Origin: Octopus vulgaris
Taxonomy: Eukaryota
Length of the DNA: 64,000 nucleotides
Direction of reading: 5' to 3'
NCBI GenBank assembly: GCA_951406725.2
Contig: OX597830.1
Location: 7,130,001-7,194,000, forward strand
Position numbers and translations under genes: made by a program. Shown here one piece after another: positions 45,410-58,410 of the stretch (its first letter is position 1; each line of letters starts with the position of its first letter). Under the pieces are notes generated by a model. It had not been told where the DNA came from. It was given only the letters and a program-made list of their open reading frames with translations, and did no database searches.

Positions 45410-46443
45410 ACCTGTCTTTCTCCAGATCTATTCATCTTTCTATCTACCTATATATTTATGTATCTATCTACCTATCTATCAATCTATCTATTTATTTATA
45501 TCTCTTTATCTACGTATATATATATTTTTTTATCTTTTTAGGTATCTTGATACTTATGTGTGTATAGATATATCATACACACGCATGTGTATATGTGTAT
45601 GTAGAAATTACTTTTATTTTGATGTATTTCAAATTTTGCTATGATTTTAGCCAGAATGTGAGAAACTTATTTATGCCATCATCATCATTATCATCATCAT
45701 CATCAACATCAACATCATCATCATAATCATCATCATCATGCCTTACGTTCCTGTATCATGTTCACTCAAAGAATTTGTCCTTGAATAATAGCTGGTATCG
45801 TGTTTCTTGCAAAAACAACTTGTTTGTTTATTCGTTACATTTGCCTAATTAAAATTCATCCATGATTAATTAAAATCCCCGGATGTATTACTAATTATTG
45901 TTTACATTCATCAACATCACACATACAGTTCGAAAACACTTCAACTCCATGCTTAGTCAATAAGACACACTTGATTGTACAAGCCCGTAGCTCTTATCTA
46001 TACATTACAGAACTGCTGTTATTATTATCATTACTATAGTTATCATCAATGCATTATGGTATTTGTTTTTGCTAACCACAATTACTAGTAATGCTACTTC
46101 TATTAACACTCATACTACCACTACTAATACTAACACTAGTGTTATTCTGCGTCTGTAGCGCATATGAAACAAACATATATGCAGAATACGGGTGGTAGAA
46201 GTGTTTGTTTTTTTAAATGGGTGTCACCAATCTATCCGTATGTTAAGTATAACCGAATGATCAAAAAAAAAAAATTCATCATCATCATCATCATCATGAG
46301 TAATCATACAGATACGAAACAGACAAGAATATATTTGAAGTAGCAAATAAAATATATACAAACAATATTAATATTTCAACTTAATAAACACATATATTCA
46401 TAAATATATTACAAATGTACTTTGTGTATGTGTGTATATATAC

Positions 46444-46474
<31 letters not shown>

Positions 46475-46548
46475 TATATGTGTGTGTGTGTATGTATGTA
46501 TATATGTCATATTTATGTATGTGTGTCTATTTGCATATATATATACAC

Positions 46549-46590
<42 letters not shown>

Positions 46591-46871
46591 ATATGTTATG
46601 TTTGGTGATTTTTTGTGGGGTCTTAGGGAACCATTATTAATACAGGTATATATTTTATCTTTTTTTTTTTGGTAAATTCGGGAAAGGTAGGGGTAGATGT
46701 TTCTGTTAATTTTCTTCATACTTTCTCTCTTTTTTTGTTGTTTCTTTGTTACTTTATACGGGATTGTGTATGTACATGTGTCTTTGTATGTTTGCTTGTG
46801 TGAACTCGTGTATGTGTTTATAGGTGCGTGTGTATGTGTTGGTTTGTATCCATCTCCGAAGAATATCTTAC

Positions 46872-47169
46872 CTTCACGTGTTGGCGATGTGGTTTGATAA
46901 GGGGTGACAGAAAAAGGATGGGTCGGCGGGTTATAAGTTGAAGCTGACATTGTATTCATGGCAAAAGGATAGGTAAATGGCCGCGTGTGCTGTGCCGTCG
47001 AAAACACGTTTTCATGTTGACTTTGATGTGTAGGGTACGTAGAGCGTATCGGGTAAGCTGGATGCGCCATTCCGGGTGGCATCGGCTGTTGTTGAAGTTC
47101 CATAAAAGCAGATTTCCCCGTGACATCTTGGTCGAGACCTTCCACGCTTCCCGTGATATTTAACATCAT
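46872..47169 (-). CDS. Dll: Distal-less (Dll/Dlx) homeobox gene, first coding exon (N-terminal region, 99 codons + 1 nt; homeodomain exons not in window)
   Basis: Translation MMLNITGSVEGLDQDVTGKSAFMELQQQPMPPGMAHPAYPIRSTY...RPFTYPF...YQTTSPTRE. (G/S)KSAF(M/V)E(L/F) is the conserved N-terminal motif of Dll/Dlx proteins (fly Dll GKSAFVELQQ), followed by a Pro/Tyr/Ser-rich region. Complex sequence ends at a canonical donor GAAG|GTAAGA (intron starts 46871, phase 1). An in-frame upstream ATG at 47235 makes the start slightly ambiguous. Confidence 0.88.
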
Positions 47170-48353
47170 GGAGGGTTTAACGTCAATATTATTATTATTA
47201 GTATTAACAGTAGGTGTTGAATTATATATATACATAAATGATTGTGTGTTTGTATATATATATATATGTAATATATATATATATATGGATGTATGTATAA
47301 ATTAAAAAATTTTTTCCTTTTTTTGAAATTTGTAAAAAATAAATATATTTGTTAAGATTATCAGTTTTGATAAATTTGTGTAAATGTGATTAATTAAAAT
47401 TAATTAATTTCTCCGTGGTGATTTTTTTAAATAAATATACATACTTATATATATATTTACACACATTATATATATAACTGTAATATTATTATTAATATTA
47501 TTATTATTAAATTTTGTGGTTATTATTGGTCGTGTAACTGGTGTTGTTGATGTTACGGTAGCTGTAGCCGTATGCTTCAAGTGATTGATTATAGATATTA
47601 AAAATAATAATAATTATTATAATTATTATTATTATTATTACTTTTTTTTCTCTCCTATTCGGATGTTTTTAATTTGTTGTGATGTTGATGCTGATCTTGA
47701 CGCTGATGTAGCCGCTGTGCTTGTTGTTGTTTTGATTGTAATGGTAGATACTTTTGGTAGCTTCGAGTGGCCCAGGACAGGCTACGATAATCTATATGAA
47801 ATGTTTTCATAATAACAACAATAATAATAATAATAATGATATCACTAATAATAAAATTAACAATAGCAATAATCAACTTTTTCCCTAGTTAATTATATAT
47901 ATATATATCTATTATGTATGTGTATATATATATATATACATATATATATATAAATGATATGTTATATATATATATATATATAATATTATATATTATATAT
48001 ATGTATGTATATATTTATATATCTAAATGTATACAATTTTTTCAAAAAAATGTGAAAGTTGAGCAGCAGCAGTAGTAGTAGCAGCAGCAGCAAGGCTCAA
48101 GGAGAGAAGAGCCACATTTGCAATATTATATATACATATACATACATGTGTATATATATATATGTGTATGTATATATGTGTATGTATATGTGTGCGTGTA
48201 TGTGTGTATGTATGTATGTGTGTGTGTGTGTATCGACTAAACTCTATCACACGCGTCTGATTGTAAGCTTGTACTAAAACCAACAGAGCCAACGTTCGTT
48301 TGCAGAGAAAAATATATTAAGTATACATTGAGCACACACACTCTCTCAGGACT
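47170..48353 (-). other. Putative long AT-rich 5' leader of Dll (may contain an intron)
   Basis: Interval between the inferred Inr and the ATG. Low-complexity AT/TAA-rich sequence, with no SINEs recognised. Confidence 0.35.
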
Positions 48354-48445
48354 GAAAAATAAAAAGAAACAACCGACAGCCACGCCCACTCGCTTTCACT
48401 GCTGCCCTCTGATTGGTTTATTTGCTCACGTCGACTGTCAATCTC
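48345..48445 (-). promoter_or_regulatory. Candidate Dll core/proximal promoter
   Basis: On the minus strand: TCAGTC initiator-like motif (48350-48355), Sp/KLF box CCACGCCC on + (48380-48387), CCAATCAGA NF-Y box (CCAAT at 48412-48416) and AGATTGACAG TALE-like decamer (48435-48444). These lie in a short non-repetitive island upstream of the exon. Confidence 0.55.
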
Positions 48446-49171
48446 TTTCCCTCTCTCTCTCTTTCTCTCTCATACTCTTACTCTCTTTCATTCTGCATTC
48501 TCTGTCTCTGCATCTCTCTCTCTATATATATATATATCTTTCTCTCTCTCCCTATACATTTTACGCGCTTTTCAGTATTCTATTTCACACTCACTGTTAT
48601 CTACTCTAAATTCTCTCTCAGCCCTTCTCTCTATCTATCTCTATTTCTTTCTCACTTTCTGGCTCTCTCTCCCTCTCCCTCCATTTATCTCCCTCTCATT
48701 CTCACCCTCTCATACACACTGTCTGTTTCCCTCCCTATCGTCCCTCTCTCTTTCTGTTAGGTTTTCTCTGGCTTTTCTCTATTTATCTCTCCTTAACACA
48801 CTCTCTCTTTTCGTATAACACAGACCTTCCTCACTCTCACACGACTTCTCGCTTGCTTCATACATCTCTCTCTCTCTCTCTCTCTCTCTTCCTCCCTCTA
48901 TCTAACTATATCTCTTCATTGCTTCTCTTTCAATATCTATGTAGTTTTTCATTCATCTTGCGCTCTCTTTCTCATTTTCCCTCTTTCAATATATATACAC
49001 ACACACACATATATATATATATATGTATGTGTATATATATGTAGGTGTATAAATATATATATATATATATATATATAGTATGTATGTATGTATATATGTA
49101 TGTATATATATATATATACATATATATATATGTATGTATATATATATAAATATATACATATATATGTATGT

Positions 49172-49219
<48 letters not shown>

Positions 49220-49304
49220 TACATGTATATATATATATGCATACATGTATATGTTTATCCATCTCTGACTGTCTCTTTATATACATATATATCTATATAT
49301 ATCT

Positions 49305-49355
<51 letters not shown>

Positions 49356-49568
49356 TTTCTAGTTCTTAACTACTTCTTATTCATGTTCTTTCACTTTATC
49401 TTTCAATCTCTTTCATTCCCCCTCGCCGCTCACTCTCTCATCTCTTTCCTTCTTTCGGTTTTCTACACTTTCTACCTTCTCTTTTCGTCTCTTCTTCCCA
49501 TTCATCACTTATGCACATACATGCTAACTAAGTATGTGTGTATATATATATATACATATATACATATA

Positions 49569-49606
<38 letters not shown>

Positions 49607-49739
49607 CATATGCATATATATATATATGCGTACACTCACAAACACACACACATACACGCACACACAAACACAGCTATGCATATACGATATACACACTTAT
49701 ATACGAGAGAGATATGTGGAGTGTACCTTATCTTTTATA

Positions 49740-50100
49740 TATTACTTGTTTAGTTCACTGGAATGTGGACACGCTCTATTGCAGCTTCCGAAGGATTTAG
49801 TCGATCAAACCGGCTCCACGTGTCCCATCCCTCTGCCGAACCGCTAGGTTATAATGCTATAATGTTGTAAATAGACAAAACTCAGTTGTGTGTGTTTTTG
49901 AGGGGCAAGCAGAAACACAAAGGCACATACACATAAGTATAGACATACGCGATAGACTTACTTGTGTTTCTGTCTACCAAACCCTGTCACAAGTCTACGG
50001 TGTGATCGAGGTCATTATAGGAGAATCACTTGCTCAAGATTCCACATAGTGGTACTGAACTGGGGGTCAAGTGTTTGCGAAGCAAGCTTCTTATCAAACA
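49740..50100 (-). mobile_element. Old SINE family A copy
   Basis: Degenerate reverse-complement matches (TGTCTACCAAA, CACTTGCTCAAGATTCCACATAGTGGTACTGAAC, AGCAAGCTTCTTA). Confidence 0.6.
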
Positions 50101-50399
50101 TCCAAACCTAAGCCTTTATATATACATAAATGACAACCTCTAATTTAGGCACAAGGTCACAGTTTTTGATTTACCATGCAAACTAGCTGAGTGGTCCAAC
50201 AACATATGGAATTGCTGTTTGGTATCATTGTGATACTGTGTGACAATTTGGAATTTTGTATTACTGTTTCAATCTGTTCCAAACTGATGGTAACTACATT
50301 TACCCAAAATACCTAAAGTTTTATAAAAGATACACGTGTTTCAGTACATCGACTGACAAGGTTACAGAAGCGTTTATTGAATATTACGCAATCTTAACA

Positions 50400-50930
50400 T
50401 TACCTCGTCGGTGTTGTATGCAAAAAGATAAATACATAATATTCTCATGAGGCTCGTATTCTGCGCAGTAGTCTATCCCGTATTTTGATGCTGTTCGTCC
50501 CACTGTACAGAATACAATAGTAATCCTATAACTTAGTACTGAGCTCCAACTTTCGGTTGTGTGTCATGCTTTTCCAGCGCACGTTATGTATATATGTAAA
50601 ATAGTAATTGAATTAGTCGAATGGCCCCTCCATCGATACAGTCTAGGGATTCTGTATGCATAGCAGTACTGTCCTAGATACGAGTGCAATATTATATTTT
50701 GGTTTGGAGTTGAGTCCTGTGAAGTACCCGCATCTGTTATCGGCTGAAATATTCATGATACTGAAGAGTAAGACCCTATCTTTGCGTTGCATTCATAACT
50801 ATCCTAAGGATTTGCTTTCGGCAAGGGTTATTCTCGTTGATAGTGGATTCAGTTTAAAGTGATTTCCATCCATGTCTAATGGTGTCCGTAGGCGTTTCGC
50901 CCACACGAGTAATGCTTCTGTTTTTCGTTT
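50400..50930 (-). mobile_element. Decayed CR1/L2/Jockey-group LINE RT C-terminal fragment
   Basis: Minus-strand KTEALLV...SKSLG and, after a frameshift, YCTRI*...SLDCIDGGAIRLI, resembling KTE...KxLGV / EYCSxIW...LDRIQxRAxRLI. Confidence 0.4.
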
Positions 50931-50964
50931 CCTCTTAAAACAAAATTAGAAGAGGATTGTTTCC

Positions 50965-51380
50965 TCATTAGAGTGTTGCACTCATGATCAAAAGACCATG
51001 TTTTCGATTCCTCGACGAGGTGGTGAGTTCTTTTCTTGAGCAAGACTCTTTATTTCACGGGTGCGAAGGCGCATGGCTTATTGTTTAGGCTGTTAGGGCT
51101 CATGCTCGTAAGGTCGATTCCCAGCAGTGCGCTATGCTCTTGCGTAAGACTGTTAATTTCACGTTGCTCAGGTACACTCAGCTGGCAAAAATGAGTAGTA
51201 CCTGTATTTCAAAAGAGACCAGCCTTGTCACATTCTGTGTCACACTGAATCTCCCTGAGAACTACATTAATGGTACGCGTGTCTGTGGAGTGCCCGGTCA
51301 CGTGCACATGAGTTTCACGAATAAGCCGTTCAGATGATCAGATCAACAGGAACACTCGTCGTCGTAACCGACGAAGAGCC
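50965..51380 (+). mobile_element. SINE family C: a head fragment followed by a longer copy
   Basis: CTCATGATC..TTTCGATTCC..TTCTTGAGCAAGAC, then GGCGCATGGCTTA..ATTTCACGTTGCTC..CACTCAGCTGGCAAAAATGAGTA. Confidence 0.7.
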
Positions 51381-51455
51381 AATGTTTTTTTTATTTATTT
51401 ATTTCGCGTAACTCCTGTCTAGTCAATTATAAAAGAATTACAGCTAGGAAGATAG

Positions 51456-51660
51456 ATTTCTTTATTGGCCACGCAGGGCTGAATACAGAAGGGACAAAAT
51501 ACAAAGTAGAGCTTTTCTGTTTTGGAAGAAGGAAAAGAAGAGGGGCGAATTCCGATCTAAAGGGATCGTGAAGAGAAAAAAAGTGGGGCCGATCAATAGA
51601 GTTCCTGTAATGTCAGTCATGAAAGATGAATCCTAGGGGTCCTGACAGGGCTAAGTTTTT
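51456..51660 (-). mobile_element. Retroelement 3' end sharing its terminal ~43 nt with the long tail of SINE family B
   Basis: Reverse complement ends TTGTCCCTTCTGTATTCAGCCCTGCGTGGCCAATAAAGAAAT. The upstream pyrimidine-rich sequence is unrelated to the SINE core. Confidence 0.5.
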
Positions 51661-52120
51661 AAGGCAGTTTAAAAACACAATGTTGGTTCGGTCCGACTGA
51701 TGTTTTCACTCAAGATATCCTTTCATAAAACCAATGAGCATTTGACATGCGGTGACTAGGCTCTGCGTGGAGGGTACATTTTTAAGGAAATCTAAAGAGA
51801 GAAGAAAGTTCCTGTCGTCTAGAGAAGAGTGAATGCAAACATGTGTAGAAGGAATGCAGCAGAGGAGAAAACAGAACCGTGGGGGAAGACTTGAATTGAA
51901 TTGAGAGGGTTTACAGGAACGGTTCTGCCAGTAAATGCTGTGATGGTACAATCATATATGGAGCAACCGATAGAAGGGATTAGAAAGTAATGGGCAGGGG
52001 GCGAAAACCTTTTATCTGGAGATTCATATGACAGATACAGTCGAAGGTTTCGTTGATGTCCAGAACAATAACGTTGCATTTATGGAAATTCTCTGATGTC
52101 AAAACCCTTTAGTAAGTGAT

Positions 52121-52157
<37 letters not shown>

Positions 52158-52812
52158 CATATATATGTGTGTGTACGTGTATATGCGTGTGTGAGCATGC
52201 GCGTGAGTGTGTATGTGTGTGCTTGTTTGCATATGTGTCTGCGTATGTGTTTGACCCGCTCCACGGCTTGACAACCGGTATTTGTGTGTTTATGTCCCTG
52301 CAACATAGCAGTTTGGCAAAGGACCTATAAATAAGTATCAGCTTTAAAACGAGTCCTTTTGAGTGATCCATTCACCTACAAATTCTTCAAGAAACAAGTA
52401 AAAGATAAAAAATTTATATATAACAGCATTTAAAAGTTTGTTCTAAAATGTCTATTTCTAGGATCTTTACATGCTTTTCTCTGAGAATTATGAGGCCGAA
52501 TTAGATAACGTTAACTCGATTTACGAAAAAGCTGAAATTTTAATTTGTGCACTGTGCAAGACTTATGTAATTAGGTGGTACAATCTTCGCTGAAATACGT
52601 GTGAGAATGACAGGAGTATATTTCATTTCTAACTCTGTAGACATTTTTTTCTATGTGTATATATATATATCTACGTGTGACAAAGAGCAAAATTCCGAAA
52701 CGTTATTCATTTCCCCTTACATCATGCTAAACTAATTAACAAACTCACAACAACCTCTTCCTGATTTACCATTCCTATTTACATTCTTACTATTCATTTT
52801 ACAGTCTAAGTT

Positions 52813-53120
<308 letters not shown>

Positions 53121-53550
53121 ATTTATAAGGAAATGATGTGACAAGGTGGTTAGAGCAGGAAACAAAATATCATGCAGATGTTAGTTATCTCCCTTTAAGT
53201 CCTCAGCTGAAACTATTCCTAATTAAACATTGGCCTTCATGTCCATGAAATTGATAAAGAAATACACCAGTAAAATACTGGTGTCGATTTAATCAAATAA
53301 TCTTTTCCTTTTAAAATTGCCGGCCATGTGCACAGCAGAATCGGTAGAGTGTCAGAAAACTGCTTTGCAGTATTTGCCCAGGTTTTTTATATCACACAGT
53401 TGTCCTTTTTTTTTTATCTTTCATCCATCTGGGGTCGATATAATTTAGTATAAGTCAGGTGCTAGGTTAGATAATATAATTGACACCCTCCCTTTCAAAA
53501 TTGCTACCGTTGTGACTATATTAAAAACATTATCATCATCATCATCATCA

Positions 53551-53636
<86 letters not shown>

Positions 53637-53649
53637 TTTATTTTTATTA

Positions 53650-54040
53650 AGGCGGCGAGCTGACAGAAACGTTAGCACGCCGGGCGAAATGCTTAGCGGT
53701 ATTTCGTCGGCCACTACGTTCTGAGTTCAAATTCCGCCGAGGTCGACTTTGCCTTTCATCCTTTTGGGGTCGATAAATTAAGTACCGGTTACGCACTGGG
53801 GTCCATATAATCGACTTAATCCGTTTGTCTGTCCTTGATTGTCCCCTCTGTGTTTAGCCTCATCTGGGTAATAAAAATAGGTATTTCACCCGTCGTTAAC
53901 GTTTGGGGTTCAAATGTTGCCGGGGTCGACTTTGCCTATCATCCTTCCGTGGTCGATAAAACAAGTACCAATGAAACACTGGGGTCGATTGCATCGACTA
54001 GTTCCCTCCCAATAAATTTGAGGCTCTGTACCTCCAGGAG
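53650..54040 (+). mobile_element. SINE family B dimer (head + young core/long tail + old core/short tail)
   Basis: Units restart at GGTATTTC (53698 and 53880); preceded by (TTA)n. Confidence 0.88.
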
Positions 54041-54124
54041 CAAGTATCATTAATTAATATTATTATATTATTATTATCATCATCATCATCGTCATCATAA
54101 TCATTATAAAGTCATTTCTTAGAT

Positions 54125-54407
54125 CAGGGGTCGGGGAATTTTTTTAACCAATTACCACCAAAATATCTTATTTACGCCGACGTTAACCCTTTGATTTGAA
54201 AAAAGAAAATCATAGATTCTTTGAATTCAAAGGGTTTACTGAATCTACTTCCAAGTTCATTACATTGGACGGATTCATTGGTGCCAGAAAGAATATTTTC
54301 TGTCGTAACAAAGAACAGGGTTTTTATGTAATTTTACTTATGGCTTGTGAGTCTTCATTATCTCAAAGAATTTCATTTTTTAACCCACTTGGGGTAATTT
54401 ACCTCTG
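54125..54407. mobile_element. Degenerate hAT-type MITE
   Basis: CAGGGGTCGGGGAA...TTTACCTCTG, flanked by TCTTAGAT / ATCTAGAT (8-bp TSD-like, 5/8 identical). Confidence 0.45.
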
Positions 54408-54799
54408 ATCTAGATCGATCTGCATGGCGTAAGATGTGTCACAATGTATCCAAACAATTTGAGTTGAAGTAAAAATGCTATGGAAGAACTATATCCAGCA
54501 ATCGATAGGGAAACTTAGCCAAACCCAGGCAACATCAAAATTATCGATGTCTCCATTGCAGCTTCAGAACAAAATCCTTTCCTTGACTCAGATGACATTC
54601 ACGCACCCATCGCAAAAAAATACAACTTCTTTTGTTTTTTACTCTTTAAAAGTTATCTCTCTTTCACACTTTCTTTTATATTTAAATCCTTTCCTTCGAA
54701 ATGGACGGGAGTGACCACCACCACCACCACCACCGCCACCATCATCATCATCATTATCGTTATTAATATTATTATTATTATCATCATCGTTATTAGCAT

Positions 54800-55257
54800 T
54801 ATGTTCTCTTTATCACAGGTTTTGTTGGAGCTCCTGGAGTCTTGCATGCGTAGTAGGCTTAATATCTGCAGCCTACGGTACCATACTATCCGTCTTTTTC
54901 AACTATTTAATACTTCCCTGATTATTCTGGCCGCTCCAAGGAGGCAAATCTTTCGTAATAGTTCTACTAGGCACCCTATTTAAATTTTCTTTATATTCCC
55001 TTTATTGTCTTCTGATACCCAAGGACCCAACAATAATTGGCACTATTTTCACCTTCTTCATTCTCCTTAGCCGGGCTATTTCGTACTGAACAAGGTTGTA
55101 TCTATCTATCTTTTCGCCTTCCTACTTCACTACTGGTGGGTCAAAGGGGCATGCAACATCAACTATATAGCATATGTGGTGCACCTTGTCCATCTCCACT
55201 AGGTCCGGTCTGTTTTGTTCTAGTTCTTGATCTGTTTGGATTGGGAAATCTCAGAGG

Positions 55258-55260
<3 letters not shown>
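54800..55260 (-). mobile_element. 5'-truncated R4/Dong-like non-LTR retrotransposon (RLE endonuclease domain + 3' UTR)
   Basis: IL*DFPIQTDQELEQNRPDLVEMDKVHHICYIVDVACPFD...EGEKIDRY...VKIVPIIVGSLG...LLRKICLLGAARIIREVLNS*: the RPD...DxxxPxD...ExEKxxxY restriction-like endonuclease signature. Flanked by (TAA)-type repeats on its own strand. Confidence 0.85.
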
Positions 55261-55302
<42 letters not shown>

Positions 55303-55385
55303 TATCATTATTGTTGTTGTTGTTGTTGTCGTCGTCGTCGTCATTATCATCATCATCATCATTATCATTATTATTATTATTATTA

Positions 55386-55598
55386 AGACGGCAAACTAGC
55401 AGAATCGTCAGCACGCTGGACGAAATTCTTAGCGGTATTTTGTCTGTCGCTACGTTCTGAATTCAAATTTCGGCAAAGTCGACTTTGCCTTTCATCCTTT
55501 CGGGAGCGATAAATTAAGTACCAGTGAAACCCCGTGGTAGATGTAATCGAGTAGTCCCTTCCCACAAAATTTCAGGTCTTGTGCCTTTAGTAGGAAGG

Positions 55599-55600
<2 letters not shown>
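55386..55600 (+). mobile_element. SINE family B monomer (short tail) between two (TTA)n arrays
   Basis: Head, B-box, core and CCCACAAAATTTCAGGTCTTGTGCCTTTAGTAGGAAGG tail running into (ATT)n. Confidence 0.88.
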
Positions 55601-55690
<90 letters not shown>

Positions 55691-55733
55691 CATCATTATT
55701 ATTATTATTATTATTCATTATCGTTATTATTAT

Positions 55734-55782
<49 letters not shown>

Positions 55783-55793
55783 CATCATCATCA

Positions 55794-55839
<46 letters not shown>

Positions 55840-55859
55840 CATTATCATCATCATCATCA

Positions 55860-55920
<61 letters not shown>

Positions 55921-55963
55921 CATTATTGTTATTATTACATCTCTTATTATTGATTATTATTAT

Positions 55964-56124
55964 TATTAAGGATTTTAGTTTACTGTGATTTTTTTTCTTC
56001 GACAGTTGAGAATGGAGCAAAAGGGAATGGTCTTTAGAGACAGTATATTTCACTCGCTTTCACATTTTCGACATTTCCTCGTAAACATGGATACTAAACA
56101 AACGGAGTACGATCATCATCATCA

Positions 56125-56185
<61 letters not shown>

Positions 56186-56366
56186 CATTATTGTTATTTA
56201 CATCTCTTCGTTCTGTGAAATAGTATGTATTAAGGATTTTAGTTTACTGTGATTTTTTTTCTTCGACAGTTGAGAATGGAGCAAAAGGGAATGGTCTTTA
56301 GAGACAGTATATTTCACTCGCTTTCACATTTTCGACATTTCCTCGTAAACATGGACTAAACAAACG
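55964..56366 (+). repeat. Direct duplication of a ~140-bp unique segment (55964-56104 and 56228-56366)
   Basis: TATTAAGGATTTTAGTTTACTGTG...CCTCGTAAACATGGA is almost identical in both copies. Confidence 0.9.
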
Positions 56367-56669
56367 ATACGCCCCCACCACAAAAGATGATGATGATGAT
56401 AGTGGTGGTGATGATAGTGGTGGTGATGATGATGATGATGATGATGATGACGATGATGACGATGGATGATGATGATAATGGTGGTGGTGGTGGTGGTGGT
56501 GATGATGATGATGAGGAGGAGGAGGAAGATGATAGTGGTGGAGATGATGATGATGATAGTGGTGGTGGTGGTGGTGATGATGATGAACTTTTCTTTTATC
56601 TGCCATGAAGGCGAGGGATGAGAAGGACAGACATCAAGTGTGAGGATTTACATGTTATGAAATGAGATA

Positions 56670-57212
<543 letters not shown>

Positions 57213-57672
57213 AACAACCCTGAATTAGGTGAAGAACCTGAAACCTCTGCCACCAAACAAGCAAAACGGATCAAAGAGACTGCAAAAAAAAGAAACGTGT
57301 AGAAATAAATTGAAGATCGGTGGAGCCCGAAGCCTCTGCATGGACCTAAATATACTTCGATGCCGAAATGCTGATGTAGGCCAAGCAACAACCAATCTGT
57401 GGCTGAGAAGTTCAGGACTGAAAGCAGAAAAGGAATATCTGGGCAGTTGTGGCGTTCAGATATAGAGCGTCCTTCTTCATTGAAACTTCAAAACTTCTTA
57501 AGGCAAATGGAAATACTATGCAAGATTGATGTCTTGCAAAAAGCAGCCTTATTGGGTGCAGCACACATCTTAAGGAAGGTATTATCTGTCTGAGGTCCTT
57601 GTTGTGACTTGACAGATGACAAAAGACTCAGGTGCATTTTTACCTATGCTGTGTTGCGAAGGAATAACAATA
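57213..57672 (+). mobile_element. R4/Dong-like LINE 3' fragment with internal deletion
   Basis: WSPKPLHGPKY, NADVGQATTNLWLRSSGLKAE, then a jump to C-terminal LQKAALLGAAHILRKVLSV*, a short 3' UTR and an AATAACAATAAT end. Confidence 0.8.
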
Positions 57673-57675
57673 ATT

Positions 57676-58410
57676 GTGCTGTGCAAAGTACAACTAGAAA
57701 CTGACTGAAAGAGTAAGAGAATTCAAGGAGTGAAAGAAGAGCACCATATAAGCATATGGAAAGAAATGGAAGTACATGACCAATACATCTAACTGACGTT
57801 TCAAGTTTAAAAAAATCCTGGGTCTGCTATCGGACGGGAACCTGAAACGAAAGACAGAAACATAAATAATAGCCAGTCAAGAACAATCCATTGGAACAAA
57901 TCTGCTAACACCCAGTCAGACAGCAAATATAATTTCTGCAGGAAAGTAGAAGAAATTATCAATCACATTTTGAGTGAGTGCAGGATAGTAGCACAAAAGG
58001 AGTATAAGCGCAGACATGATTGTGAAGGCAAAAGAATACATTGGGATCTTAGTCGAGTATGTGGCTTCAAAGCAACAGAAAAGTAGAATGAACACAAACC
58101 AGAAGTTGTGATGGAAAATGAGAAGGTTACCCATGTTTCTGAAACAAGGAAACTAGATATGATAACAGAGGGAAAAAATAAACAGTGTAAGACTTTTCAA
58201 TTTCTTGTGATAACAGAGTATATACCAAATTGAGAAACTGAGAAATATGAGGATCAAGCCAGAAAAGTGAGGAGACTGAGGAAGACCAAGACAATATTTA
58301 TTCCTCTGCGGATTGGTGATCTTGGCACTATAGCGTAAATGTTTTCTAAAACAAGAGATTGGAATTGAAACTTGCATTGTCGACCCCCAGAAGAGTACTA
58401 TTCTAATATT
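57676..58410 (+). mobile_element. Second, different R4/Dong-like LINE fragment (zinc-knuckle/RHD region)
   Basis: GNLKRKTET*IIASQEQSIGTN and CRKVEEIINHILSECRIVAQKEYKRRHDCEGKRIHWDL...EHKPEVVMENEKV, with stops and frameshifts. Confidence 0.82.

Noticed and set aside
46513-46871. C-terminal half of the 240-aa ORF
   Set aside because: Read-through past the GTAAGA donor into low-complexity intron sequence.
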